Shown: positions 13,141-26,434 of the stretch, in pieces
Layout: each line of letters starts with the position of its first letter
Numbering within the stretch: the first letter of the stretch is position 1
Assembly: GCA_951406725.2 (NCBI GenBank)
Contig: OX597821.1
Location: 36,952,001 to 37,016,000 of the forward strand
Direction: 5' to 3'
Source: Octopus vulgaris
Lineage: Eukaryota
DNA: 64,000 nt
Translations under genes and position numbers: made by a program
The notes under the pieces: generated by a model
The model's database searches: none
Seen by the model: only the letters and a program-made list of their open reading frames with translations
What the model was told of the DNA's origin: nothing

Positions 13141-13297
13141 TATTTATAAATTAATATTATACAAGTTTATTGAATTATTATTGTAGCGTACTTTATATTT
13201 TCTTGATTTAATTTAATTATTTATTAAATAATTATTTTCTTAATTAATGTAATAAAATGTATAATAGCTAATTGAAATAGATGGCATAATATATATG

Positions 13298-13380
<83 letters not shown>

Positions 13381-13418
13381 TATATATATAATTTGAAACT
13401 GACTTGTAAATTGGAAGT

Positions 13419-13461
13419 CCACCTGAAGATTGTCGATCAAGACAAGAAACAATTGTAGTGG
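13419..13461 (+). ncRNA. Minimal type-I hammerhead ribozyme, intact core
   Basis: CCAC-CTGAAGA-TTGTC(GATCAA)GACAA-GAAA-CAATT-GTA-GTGG: stem I CCAC/GTGG, 5-bp stem II, palindromic stem III, GUA site. Confidence 0.85.
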
Positions 13462-13639
13462 CAGTTTTTTTGACTATTTATTAAAATTTTATGTATTGAT
13501 TAAGTCTTTCCTTGTTTGTTTTGCAAAATAGTGGTTTTGTCTCTAATAATATTTTATAATATTTTACTATAAAATTGGATTTAATCCTAACTCTGATTTT
13601 TTCCCTGTAAATTTGGATTTATTCCCTAATATTTATTAT

Positions 13640-13876
<237 letters not shown>

Positions 13877-14529
13877 GAAAGAAGGTTTGAAAATGTAATA
13901 TAAAAGATGTTTATTTACTTTACCGGTTTCACTCTTTGGAAAAAGATTGTCAAAAGTAACATGTGGAAGTTTGGTTGCGTTAATTATTGGTTGTTGCAAA
14001 TTGCTACATTACATATATACAGTCTTTGGTAACAGGGACATGTTAAGGACATAAAAAAGTTCAACAAGTTCCTTAAAATATTGGGTACAAAAGATTACAT
14101 AAATAATCGTTCTCAATGACATACTGAAGATAGTTTCCAGAAAGAATTGATATTGGTATTGTATCTGTATATTCAAACATGCACAGAATATTGGTTGACA
14201 CAGAGTACTATAATCCATATAATTATACATTCTTTGGTGACAACAGTGTGTTGAGAATATAAAAAAGTTTAACAAGCTCATTGAAATAATGGGCAGAAAA
14301 GATTAAAACAAATATATTATACATCTCAAGGTAATTTCCAGGAGGAATTATTAAAAAAAGTTCAGTATACACATACAGAATATTATGAGTTCAAAAAGAG
14401 TTAGATTATAATAGTGGTGAAGTTAAAACTAACCTGTCCGTTTTAAGAGAAATGTGGAACTGAAAAGAATGTACCCTTTTTTTCTTTTTTTGGCTCTCCT
14501 TCAAGCATCAATGATTTTGGGGTCAGGAT

Positions 14530-15718
14530 GAGGTGAGTGTGTGTGTCTTTGTGTGTATGTGTGTGTGCATACATACATATGTGGTGTGAATAGATGTGTC
14601 TGTGTGTCTGTAAGATTTGGTAGGATGGTATCTGTTTGTCAACCGCATGTGTGGTTGTCTTGGTGTTGTGTGTTTGTGTATGCATGTATGTGTGTGGATG
14701 GCATTTGACATGGTGCTGCATGTGTATATGTGTGTCTGTATGGAGGTGAGATTTGTGTGAGTGTGTGTGCATATATATGTATACATGTGTCTGTGTGTGT
14801 GGGGGGCTGTTTTGATAGGTTCCAGGGTGGTGTAAATAGATGTGTATTGTTTAAAGAATTTTTTGGGGTAGGATAGTGTGTGTATATGTGTGCCCGCCCG
14901 TGTGTGCGTGTGTGCGCGTATGTGTGTGGTTAATGTCTATTAGTGTGCTGCACGTGTGCTAGTGTGCATGTGTCTGTTCGCATGTGTGTCCATGTCTGTT
15001 GGGTGTATCCGTGCACATGTGTCCTGCGTGTGTTGGCACTAAGTATGTGCCCGTGTGTGTGCGTGCACACGGCGTGGGTGCATGCGTCCCTGTGTGCGTA
15101 TATACATGCACACACGCGTCTACACGTGTGTGCGGGCCATACACACACACTACATATATATACATACATACACACATCATACATATACATACCACACACA
15201 CACACACATCACACATACACACATACACCACACACACACACACCACACACACACACACAACACACATACACAACACACATATATACATACAATACACATA
15301 CACAGCATATATATAATACACATACACAATATATACATATAACATATATACACAATACATACATATAATATATATATATATATATACATATAATATATAT
15401 ATATAGACAATATATACATATATATAATGTTTACATACACATACATAAATATACCACATACACACACAATATACATACATACAATGTATATATATACATA
15501 TACACATACATATAACATATATACACATAACATACGCATACACAATGCATACATATATATACATATAATGTATATACATGTATACATGTATATACAACAC
15601 ACATACAATATACATATATACAATGCATATATACACATACATATACACATAATGTACACATACATATACAACATACATACATATAATATACATATACACA
15701 ATGCACATACATATAATG

Positions 15719-15764
<46 letters not shown>

Positions 15765-16180
15765 ATGCACACACACACACACAATATACATACATATAAC
15801 GTACACACACATATACATATACATACTACACACACACACAATGCATTCACATATACACATATACAATGCATACACATACATATATATACAATACACACAT
15901 ATATACATATATATAACATATATACACATATAAATACATACACACACAATGCCCACACACACACACAATGCACACACACACACACAATACACACAACACA
16001 CACATACATACATAACATACATATATATAATGCATGCATGTGCGTGCTGTGTATGTGTGTGGTCAATGTCTGCTAGTGTGCTGCATGTGTGCTGATGCGT
16101 GCATGTGTTTGCTTACATGATACGGTGCGAGTGTGCGTGTGTCTTTGTGTGTTTGTTTTGGATGTGTGCCTGATGGGTAT
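14530..16180. repeat. Compound (TG/CA/TA) low-complexity region downstream of the GIY-YIG ORF
   Basis: Seen directly; includes a duplicated ~45-bp motif at ~14923 and ~16057. Confidence 0.9.
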
Positions 16181-16181
16181 G

Positions 16182-16680
16182 TTAGAGTATGTTTAGTTGT
16201 GGTCTGTATTTTTGAATAAGATTACTTTCCCTATTTATTCGTGTTTGGTCTGTGGTGTTGTCCGAGCATTGGTATAGTGGGAAGACTAAGAATTTGGGGG
16301 ACTTATTGTGTGCACAAAGGTCTAAGTGTCCACTTAGTGGTATCTGTCTTGTGGAGGGGTCCCTCAGTTGTTGGCGGTGAACTGTCATTCTTTCTCTGAG
16401 GGTAAGGCTCGTTTGCCCTATGTAGTCTTCGTGGCACCCTTCACACCTTATGACGTAGAGTAAATTTTTTGATGCGCATGTGAAATTATTTTTTATGATG
16501 AATGTGTGTCCCGACCAGAACTTGTACGTCGATCCCTCAATGAGGTGGATGCAAGTCCTGCAGTTGGGGCGACCACATTTTTTGACGGTGGGCGGTGGGA
16601 TTGTGTTGTGTAATTTTGCGTTGATGAGGAGGTTTTTTAGGGATTTAGGTTGCCTCTTACTTTTTATTATTTTATGAGCT
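16182..16680 (-). mobile_element. Penelope-like element GIY-YIG endonuclease fragment with an open frame
   Basis: KSKRQPKSLKNLL...KCGRPNCRTC...FTCASKNLLYVIRCEGCHEDYIGQT...H...FPLYQ...RE..LIQKYRPQLN*. Confidence 0.9.
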
Positions 16681-16713
16681 GCCAGATATATATATATTTT
16701 ATTTTATAGAAGG

Positions 16714-16764
16714 AGCTTCTACAGGACTAGAACTGTTTCATTCAGATGAAATCTTCAGGAAGCT
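16714..16764 (-). ncRNA. Type-I hammerhead ribozyme, sense to the CBR pre-mRNA
   Basis: AGCTTC-CTGAAGA-TTTCATCTGAAT-GAAA-CAG(TTCTAGTC)CT-GTA-GAAGCT; 6-bp stem I; U.U at the base of stem II. Confidence 0.7.
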
Positions 16765-16895
16765 TCCTGAGCTTCCTGAAGATTTCATCTGATTTCGTCC
16801 TGTAGAAGCTCCTTCTATAAAATAAATTACTTTACTCTGCTATGTATTGAGTACCTTATTTACTGTGGTTAACCCCGACTCAACCCGGGACCTAC

Positions 16896-16946
<51 letters not shown>

Positions 16947-17558
16947 TGTGTGTGTGTGAATGATATATAAATATATGCATATATACATACACATATGTAC
17001 ATAGCTACATATATATGTATATATATATATGCATATATGGGTACAGGACATCAAAAAAAATGTTGAACACAATGAGAAATGAAAACATAAAAACGAAAGC
17101 ATAGAAAACGAACTTTTTTCGAACAACGAAAAAACAGAGAAACGAGACATGCAACATAAAGAATATTCCCCTTCATCAGTTGTCCTTGTTTCATCTACTC
17201 TGCGTTTCGAAGGCAATGACAATACACAACTTTGTTGAAAAAGTCTTTCCCGCAAAGCAAATTAATCAAAATTTGGGATTGTTTGCGGTGGGTGAAGGTG
17301 GTAACAAGAACAGGACAGTTAGAACATGACAGTAAAAACAAATGGTGTGGGCTGTTAAGCTAAGATGATAGAAAAATTATTGTGAACACTTGGAGGATGA
17401 GCTTATGAGAGGAGACAGGTATAAGCACATGTTGTCTTTAGGAAGGAAATGGGCAGAAACATAGATTCCCTTCCGTCACGTGTCAACAACAAGAGAGTCA
17501 AGGAGGAAGAGTGAGAGAGAGGGAACGGTGAAGAGGAGAGAAGAATAGGGAAGGGTGG

Positions 17559-17607
<49 letters not shown>

Positions 17608-17970
17608 TATATACATATATATATACACTCATACATATATATATGCATGCATACATATATATACATATATATATATATATATACATACACACACACACAT
17701 ATATATATACACATATACATATATACATATATATATATATACATATATACATATATATACATATATACATATACATATATAAACATGTAAACATAATTAA
17801 ATACATGTTTACATATTACTTGATAAATTTGTTCGTAAAATTTTTTACCGGCATGCTCTCTGCCGCCAGGTATGTTTTGCGTCTGTGCGGAGGTTTGGAA
17901 AGTTAAGATTTACAAACCATTAGAGCTACACATGCTCTAACGCTCTGTGCATCTAGGATTTAGAAGGCTA

Positions 17971-18046
17971 CCCACTGACGAACCTTGCCTGGGCAAACAT
18001 ATTCTGTATGTTTTGCTAGAAAGAGGTAGAAACTGATCAGTCTGGG
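17971..18046 (+). ncRNA. Type-I hammerhead ribozyme, intact core, long stem II
   Basis: CCCA-CTGACGA-[ACCT...AAACATA/TATGTTT...AGGT A]-GAAA-CTGATCA-GTC-TGGG. Confidence 0.8.
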
Positions 18047-18306
18047 ATACATCTATAATGGTAAATGTTTTTGATTTTCATTCCTTTGATGAATTTATCC
18101 CTCTTTGTGTTTCTAGCACTTGCTTCCTTATTTGGGAGCCTTTATTATATTTATATACATATACATATATATACATAAATATATACACATGTATATATAT
18201 ACATATATATATATATACACACACATATATATATATATACATACACATATATATATATACGTACATGTATGCATACACATATATATGCATATACATATAT
18301 GTATAC

Positions 18307-18355
<49 letters not shown>

Positions 18356-18668
18356 TAATAAATAAAATAAAACATATGCATATATATAAACATGTATGTA
18401 CATACCTACCTCTACATGTACATATACACGCATATATGAGTACAGGACACCAAAAGGACATCGAACACAATGAGAGACGAAAACGGACACAAACCAAAGG
18501 AACTGGACATATATTTAAAAACAACAAAAAATAATATAGAATACAGGACAATTAACACAAGGAAAAAACCCCTTCTTCAGTCGCTAAAGCTTTCATCTAC
18601 TCTACGTTATATATATATATACATACACATATATATACATACATATATACATACACATATATATGCAT

Positions 18669-18729
<61 letters not shown>

Positions 18730-18902
18730 TGTATACATATACATACATATACATACATATATATATATATAGTACAAAGTAAGATAGGGGTTATGGGTGT
18801 AACCCACTATGGGATAGTATTTATCCAATATACTGTTGGTTAGCTGTGTCTAATATTTTAAAATTGATAATAAATAAATGAAATAAAATAATTGATAATT
18901 AC

Positions 18903-19053
18903 TGCATTGACAACAATGTCTTCTTTGCCTTCACTGTCAAGAACTTTCTGCTGAATTATGGACATAGTAGTTACTCCAGTCTTAGAAACACCATATATAC
19001 TATGAACAAATGAAGGCCAACCCTTTGCTTTATAATCACCATTTTTCACATCA
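18903..19053 (-). CDS. CBR1: CBR1-like exon 6 (DVKNGDYKAKGWPSFVHSIYGVSKTGVTTMSIIQQKVLDSEGKEDIVVNA)
   Basis: CAG acceptor, GTAATT donor; GWP motif and catalytic YxxxK (YGVSK); 151 nt, phase 2 to 0. Confidence 0.95.
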
Positions 19054-21804
19054 CTGAAATAAAATTTAAAATGTATGCATATATAAATAAATAAGTCGAC
19101 AAATTAAGCATATAATAAGATGCTCTGGTGATACAGTTGTTTAGTCCCAACTCATCTTGATCGAACTAACCTATCTATAACCAAAGGAATTTAAGCTATG
19201 ATCATTGAGGCTTTTTTTTTTCCATGAGATAGTACTTTCCAATGTATCCACTTTTTAAATCAACAAGCTTTGATGTGAAAGACATTTAGCTGTTATTTCC
19301 TGAACAGCAACAAACCACAGATGCTTTCCCATTAGCAGTAGTGTATTACAATATTTATTGTAATACAATATTTATTATATAACATTCAGCAAATAGGATG
19401 TGTCGAACATTGTAATAGGTAAAATTTATAAAATGCTTTATTCACAATCTGTTTTTTCCCTCCCCCTTCCGCTCCTTCCTCTTCTCTCACAACAGCATTG
19501 TCATTAAGATGTTTATTCAAGACGTCCAGTACAAAACCAATAATATCACCAACACAATCATTTTTACATGTGCTTTTCATGCTGGCATGAGTGGAACAGG
19601 TTGTCACTGTTCAAGTAATTCTATTTTAGAGGTATAGTCCTCCTAGATGTGGTCAGGAGTGGCATGCCCCACTTGTTTGTTTCACTTTGGTAGGATTGTT
19701 TTGATTGCATGTTATTCTTAATATCTACTATTTTACAGAATGAACTGGGTGCATTTTACTGCAGTACCAGCACTAGGGATATTATGTCATTAATGAGATA
19801 AGAAAAAGGGGGCCACTCGAACCTATCTTAGACCCCAATCATTCGTTAACCCTTTTAGTAGATGTTTTTTTTTTTATTGTGGAACCAGTTGAAGTGTGGT
19901 TAGCTTGTATTGGGATCTTCACTGTTCTATGTTGTCTATGTTCAATTAGGCCTGGATGACAAATAAATTAGATATAAAAGATGGCATTTGTGGAAAATAA
20001 TTTAGGGTTAGAAGGACATAGAGAGCAAGAATTTGGAGAAGGAAACAGGATTAGAGCAAAACTGTTGAAGAGCAGGGAGACAGTTCCAGGAAAAATAATG
20101 AAGAGTGTCAATAATGACAGAAGGTAATGGAAAAGACACTTATAGCAGCTCCACATTTGCAAGTAATGGAGTGAGGGATAGTTGTAAGAATAGTATTAAA
20201 AGAGTATGACCATCAGTGAGACATGACACAGAGGAGAGGTAGTGGCATCCGGCAGCATTTTCTGTCTGCTGAGTCTGGAGAGGCAGTGCCTTTGGGATTA
20301 ACGGATTCTCCTATATTAGGGGGATAAATACCTATAAGTTCCTCTTAAACCTATAAACCAACAAATATAAGCAAAAAAGGTATTCCAAAAGGCCAACATT
20401 CCCTGAAGGATGAACTAGACTTAGTGATTAGTGCAGTCTTTGGAGATTTATAAACAAAAGAATGATGAAATCAGAAAAGACAAGTTGGGCAGAACGGATG
20501 AGAAAGGGAGTATGAATTTTGCAAACTCCAAGAAGTAGAGTCTATTAAAGTAGTGGTACAAGAGGCAAAGTGAGAAGACAGTGTAACTGGGGAGTATCTT
20601 TAAGCCATTCAGATGGGTGGAACTCTTCTGATGGGATCTAGGTTGCTTGCATGTACAGCAGCAATCCCATTCAAGATGTAAGAGAAATAACTATTGAGAT
20701 GTAAGACAATTGCTTCTTGTGGGATTCCTGAGAGTTAGTTTCGGCATAGATTGTTACAGAAGGTTTCCACTGTACATGCAAATAAACCAGTAGTTGCTAA
20801 CATGGAATTGGCATGACACAAGACTGGTTTTATTGGGGCCACAATTGTTTTGTTGTGTCAACAAAACAATTGTTTCATTGACTTCAGTAAACCAGACAAT
20901 AAAGCAGTTAGCTAACTCAGTTCTGTAAAGTTCTTTGTTTTTTTTTTTAATACATATATTGGAAATAGTAGGTATAGGATTGCACAAGTCCGGGTAAGGT
21001 TTTTATGGAAGACCAGCAGTCACTCATGTATACTGGCCTCCCCTCTCCCTGCCAACGATGTTATCCAAGAGATACGACTTGGTACCAGTAACGTGGCAAC
21101 TCATTTCTACAACTGAGTGAACTGAAGCAATGTAAAAGAAAATGTCTTGCTCAAGAACACAACACACAGCCTGGTCTGGGAATCAAATTCACTACCTCTA
21201 ACCACTGAGCCATGCACCTTCACCAATGAATGAGTAGTATTTTAAAAAATATAAATCACACACCTACACATAGAATCTATCTCTTCCTATCACTATTGGG
21301 ACAGGAACAGCATGGGTTGGGCATTAAAATAATGTAAACTTGAATCTTGTATTATAACATTGTTTTAAAATTTTGGCGCAAGGCCAGAAATTTTAGGAGA
21401 GCAGGTAAGTCGATTACATTGACAACAGTGCTCAAGTGGTACTTATTTTATCAATGCCGAAAGGATGAAAGGCAAAGTCAACCTTGGTGGCATTTAAACT
21501 CAAAACGTAAAAACGGATAAAATGCTGCTAAACATTTTGCTTGGGATGGTAACAATTCTGCCCGCTCACCCACCTTATTTTGTATTATAATACTGGTTTC
21601 AAATTTTAGCACAAGGCCAGCAATTTCGGGGAAGGAGGTAAATCGATTAAATCGACCTCAATAATCAACTGCTACTTATTTTATCAACCCCCAAAAGATG
21701 AAAGGCAAAGTTGGGCCCAGTAGCATTCAAACACAGAAACATAACTTTGTATTATAATATTAACAACTTAAATGCATTCAAGAGATATAATCCATTATAC
21801 TTAC

Positions 21805-21933
21805 GTTACGAACTGAGCCATCAAATTTACCAGCTGAGGAATAGTCAAGGTGTTAGAAGTGAATTTTCCTCTCAGGTCTTTTGAACATCTCTCAAGTGCC
21901 ACTTCACCAGTGCCACTGGAAACATTAACCACC
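21805..21933 (-). CDS. CBR1: CBR1-like exon 5 (VVNVSSGTGEVALERCSKDLRGKFTSNTLTIPQLVNLMAQFV)
   Basis: TAG acceptor, GTAAGT donor; VVNVSS contains the catalytic Ser, followed by the CBR-specific helical insertion; 129 nt, phase 2 to 2. Confidence 0.95.
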
Positions 21934-22305
21934 CTAAAGCATAAAACACAAATATATTTGACTGTTTTGTAGCCTGTCAGATACAGAAAATGATTACGGT
22001 ATTGGTAGACGCTCCTATCGCAAACAACAGATGAAGATTACGTAACATTTTGCTGAATAACTTGCACAGATGATATCTTTATAGTGATCAAATACTTGTA
22101 CAGGTGCATGGTGTGCCACTGACTCCCTCTGGCTGCCCTAATTAAGCCCATACCTACTACCTCCTCTTTTCAGGTTATCTTTATCTCTTCCCTACCTCAA
22201 ATTTTAATCCCTTTTCTCTTTAAATGTAGGTTATATATATTTCTTACTATTTTCTATAAATTCTTATCATTTTGTTACCTTACTTTGATGTCCTTACCTA
22301 TTAAA

Positions 22306-22570
22306 CTCTTATCCCTTATAACTTGTTACTGTTCTTAAATAGAGATTTTTCAGCTACTTATGTCTATGCAAGATGGTTATATTATATCCATATAAACGTA
22401 TAAATATTTGTATATATGTATCTATCTATATATGTGCATAACCTTTTAACCTTTTATCCCTTATAAATCGTTATCTTTCTTGTTCGTAAATAGATACTTT
22501 TTAGTAGCTTAAGTCTATGCGAGATGGTTATACTATATCCCTAGAAACGTATAAATATTTGTGTATGTGT
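22306..22570 (+). repeat. Diverged tandem duplication, ~145-bp unit
   Basis: TTATCCCTTATAA...AGATGGTTATA.TATATCC...AAACGTATAAATATTTGT occurs twice. Confidence 0.8.
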
Positions 22571-22859
22571 GCATGTGAACACATAGATTAATATATGTAT
22601 GTATTTGTACACATCTTTATTTTCTCAGATTCTTGGCTTATAATTAATATATAGATAGCATGTTTATTGTTCCAGTATTCCATAATTAAATGTCCTGAGC
22701 AGTCTTTATACAAACCATCTAATAGTATTGTAAATAATTAAGTACATGAATGAATATTAAACTGATTCTATGTAATCTTTCTTTTTTAATGTTGAAAATT
22801 GATACATACACACAGTTTATGACATCATTTTTGATAATCTTAAATTTTATTTTTATACA

Positions 22860-23460
22860 ATATAACACTATTGTTTATAAACAATCACCCATAGTACCCC
22901 ATGATAAAACTGTATTAACATCATAAGTTTTATTAGCATCTTGCCCCTTTAACTGGTAATTAACATAATGATTTAGGGTCTCCCCTATCCAGCCTCCTTT
23001 TATAGACAGTATACCCAATTTACTACTTGTAATGGCTTGACAATATTTATGACCTAGTAGTTGATAAAACAAAAATAAATTAGAAATGAACCACAATCCT
23101 TTAAATGCTATGGCCCCCCGTGGGCTTCATGCTTTCTTGGAAGTATAGTCTATACTTAGCTACAATAGTAACAACTTGGATTTCTTCCATCTTCTTGCTC
23201 TGTTAAAGTATTTGAGAAAATTTATATTAATGTGTCCAACTGATTAGAATTCTGTTTATTTGTGCAGCTGATGACAGCTCTGCATTTAAATTGATGTAAT
23301 CATTGCATTATTCAATTAAACTGAGTTGCTTGAAACTGTCATACTGCATTACTTCTTTCTACCCTGTTGCTTATTTAGATTTTATTCATCTTACTTTGAG
23401 CTGTGCATATAATACCAGACTTACTTGGTGCTTCAAATTAAGTACCTAATTCAACTGAAT
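22860..23460 (+). mobile_element. Degenerate Penelope-like 3' end with a decayed hammerhead
   Basis: Weak GIY-YIG-like remnants followed by CTGATGA...GAAAC and an (AT)n tract. Confidence 0.4.
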
Positions 23461-23831
23461 CTCAATTATATATATGTGTATATATATATATATATAATTT
23501 TTTTTTAATATATATAAGTATCAAAAAGTATTAAAAGTTTAATATAAGATAAAGAGTAAAACCACTACAATCATTTCATGCCCATAAACCAAATCGAATA
23601 ACAATAATTTAATTAATAATTCAAATTATGGTTATAGTCAATCTTCAGGTTGATTATAATATTTAACGATTATGATTATGTCATACAATCGATTATAATT
23701 ATTAATTATATATATATCTGTGTAGATATATATGTGTGTGTGTATATATATATATATGTTTGTGTGTATATATACATGTGTGTGTATATATATATCTTTA
23801 TATATGTTTATGTATATGTGTTTATATATGC

Positions 23832-23865
<34 letters not shown>

Positions 23866-24136
23866 ATACCAGCCTCCCCTCTCTACGCCACCAGTGTTAT
23901 CCAAGGGAAAGGCAAAGGCCGATACAGCATGGTACCAGTGATGTCGCAACTTATTTTTATAGCTGAGTTAACTGGAGCAACGTGAAATAAAGTGTCTTGC
24001 TCAAGAACACAACACGCAACCTGGTCCAGGAATTGAAGTCACAACCTCTCGATCGTAAGCTCGACGCTCTAAGCACTGAACCATGTGCCTTCATGCACAC
24101 ACACACACACACACACACACAAACAAACACACACAC

Positions 24137-24191
<55 letters not shown>

Positions 24192-24216
24192 CACACACAC
24201 ACGCACGCATAAATAC

Positions 24217-24329
24217 CTGGCATGAGGACACAACAGCGGAAAGATTTCTTGACAGACATTCAAAGTTGCAGTAAAGTTACATCTTAATGTCTCCTCTGCT
24301 TGCTCAGCAAGGGGGACTGTTGAATCTTC
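24217..24329 (-). CDS. CBR1: CBR1-like exon 4 (EDSTVPLAEQAEETLRCNFTATLNVCQEIFPLLCPHAR)
   Basis: TTTTTTAG acceptor, GTATTT donor; matches the CBR QAExTxxxNF...LFPLL..R segment; 113 nt, phase 0 to 2. Confidence 0.93.
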
Positions 24330-24893
24330 CTAAAAAAAAGAAATTATACACTGTTAGTTGATATCCTCCTCCTCCTCCTCCTACTCCTACTACTACTACT
24401 ACTACCACCACCACTCCTGCTGCTGCAACTGCAATTACTGGTGATGAAGCTGATGATGATGCTGTTGCTGCAGTTTACTATGAGACGAAGGCTGTAACAG
24501 GGCTCTTAAAATAATTATAATATATCAAATTCTAATTCTAAATAATGCAAAATTTTAAGGTGGAAACAAAAAAAAAAAATTACAAACCTATTGTTTTGGG
24601 TCAATTATTTATACATATTTTATTTCATAAGATTTCGCTAATTTACATAATATGATATATTCATTATGATTAACTTGTAGACATGTTAATCACATAGCAT
24701 ACATATGTCCCTTAAACTTTCAGAGAAAATTTTGTTGAAAATTGTGTATTTTCCAAAATTCATAATTTTTATATTTTTCTGAGCTGATGTATATATATAT
24801 ATATATGTATGTATCTATCTTTCTATTTACATATATATGAATCTCTCTCTCCCAATATATATGTATGATTCTCTCTCTCTCTCTGTCTCTCAT

Positions 24894-24997
<104 letters not shown>

Positions 24998-25515
24998 AAG
25001 AAAAGAAAGTGGAGATTAGGAAGTTAATAATTGTTTATTATTAACAACAAATTGGTTATCTTGACTTTTTACAGCCGTTTCAATTAATACTCAATAATTT
25101 AATTAGAAATCTATGCATTAAATTTACATTTATGTGACATGAGTATAATTTCATCAGAGGAAAAAGATGTACCTTTGGATGTCACATGTGGGCTTATCAA
25201 TTCATATATATGTTACATATATATGTAGAAGGATGAACATGTAGATAAGGTTAAGATTTCTGAAACATAACTACTTATTTAGTCCTCTGTCTCTGGTTGG
25301 TGGATTGTATATATGTTGGTTGTCACCATTTTCTGTTTTATGCAACAGGGTTTTTTTTTTAAATTATCGTATGATTTAATGAATAAAATGGTGTACAAGG
25401 ATTTAAAGTTAAAATTCTATCTCTTTGGTCGATCCACTGATGGAACAAGCAATTCATTTGAATTGCATGTCTATATAAAGACACAAAAATATTTAAAATG
25501 TTTTCAGCTTCTCTA

Positions 25516-25626
<111 letters not shown>

Positions 25627-25897
25627 ATCTGTGTGTGTGTATACACACACACACAATGGATCAACATTGACGAAGCCTCTGTATTTTCTCTCACCTTGTT
25701 AGAAAAGTCAAATATATTTTACTTAAACCACACACTAGTATCTTAGGGAAAAAGTGGGACACATTTTGGATGATGTAGCCCTAGACACCTTACGTCGAAA
25801 TAAGAATATGATTCCCTTTTTATTATGGGTATGCTTGGATTAAATTTGACCTTGGGCTAAACACTAAAAACAACTAGAACTAGAAGGTGTTTATTAC

Positions 25898-26076
25898 CTG
25901 ATAAAGAATAGCAGCATTGTTAACGAGAATATCCACACCTCCATAAGTTTCTTTCAAATATTTTGCTAAAGCAGAAATACTTTTAGAGTCTGTGATCTCG
26001 AGTTGATGGAATTTGGGGTGACATCCTTCTTCGTTAAGTTTTGCAATAGCTTCTTCACCACGTCCAACATCACGAG
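25898..26076 (-). CDS. CBR1: CBR1-like exon 3 (ARDVGRGEEA...FHQLEITD...YGGVDILVNNAAILYQ)
   Basis: AAG acceptor after a polypyrimidine tract, GTAATA donor; FHQLxI and GGxDxLVNNA motifs; 179 nt, phase 1 to 0. Confidence 0.95.
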
Positions 26077-26164
26077 CTTGCAAGAAAAAAAAATGGAAGA
26101 CAGTTGTATTGATGAAAACGTCACACACTGTAGAAGAAAAATTTATTTATTCTATAGTTTAGAT

Positions 26165-26434
26165 CACTGGTTCTCAACCAGGGTCCAGATAGCTTTTGGG
26201 AGGTGGGGTCTGTATAACCCTAACCCTAACATTTTGTTGTTAAAATTTGTCTGCAATAAATTGTATTTCTGCAATGCATAAAATGTTTTAACAATTTTTT
26301 ATGCAGTTCCTAAAAATATTTAGTTATGAAAATGAAATAGGATCTTTTTTTAAACATCAAATGGCTACAAGGGACCACCCGAGTAAAATTGGAATCAAAG
26401 GGGTCCACATGTAAGAAATGGTTGAGAACCAATG
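26165..26434. mobile_element. hAT MITE
   Basis: CACTGGTTCTCAACC...GGTTGAGAACCAATG termini; 8-bp TSD GTTTAGAT. Confidence 0.9.

Noticed and set aside
17160-17215. Hammerhead-like words (GAAAC...CTGATGA) on the minus strand, also at ~18570-18600 and ~8870
   Set aside because: Motif order and stems could not be fitted to a convincing hammerhead fold
19900-20760. Possible decayed CR1/Jockey-like endonuclease region on the minus strand
   Set aside because: Only faint motif resemblance; cannot be supported without an alignment
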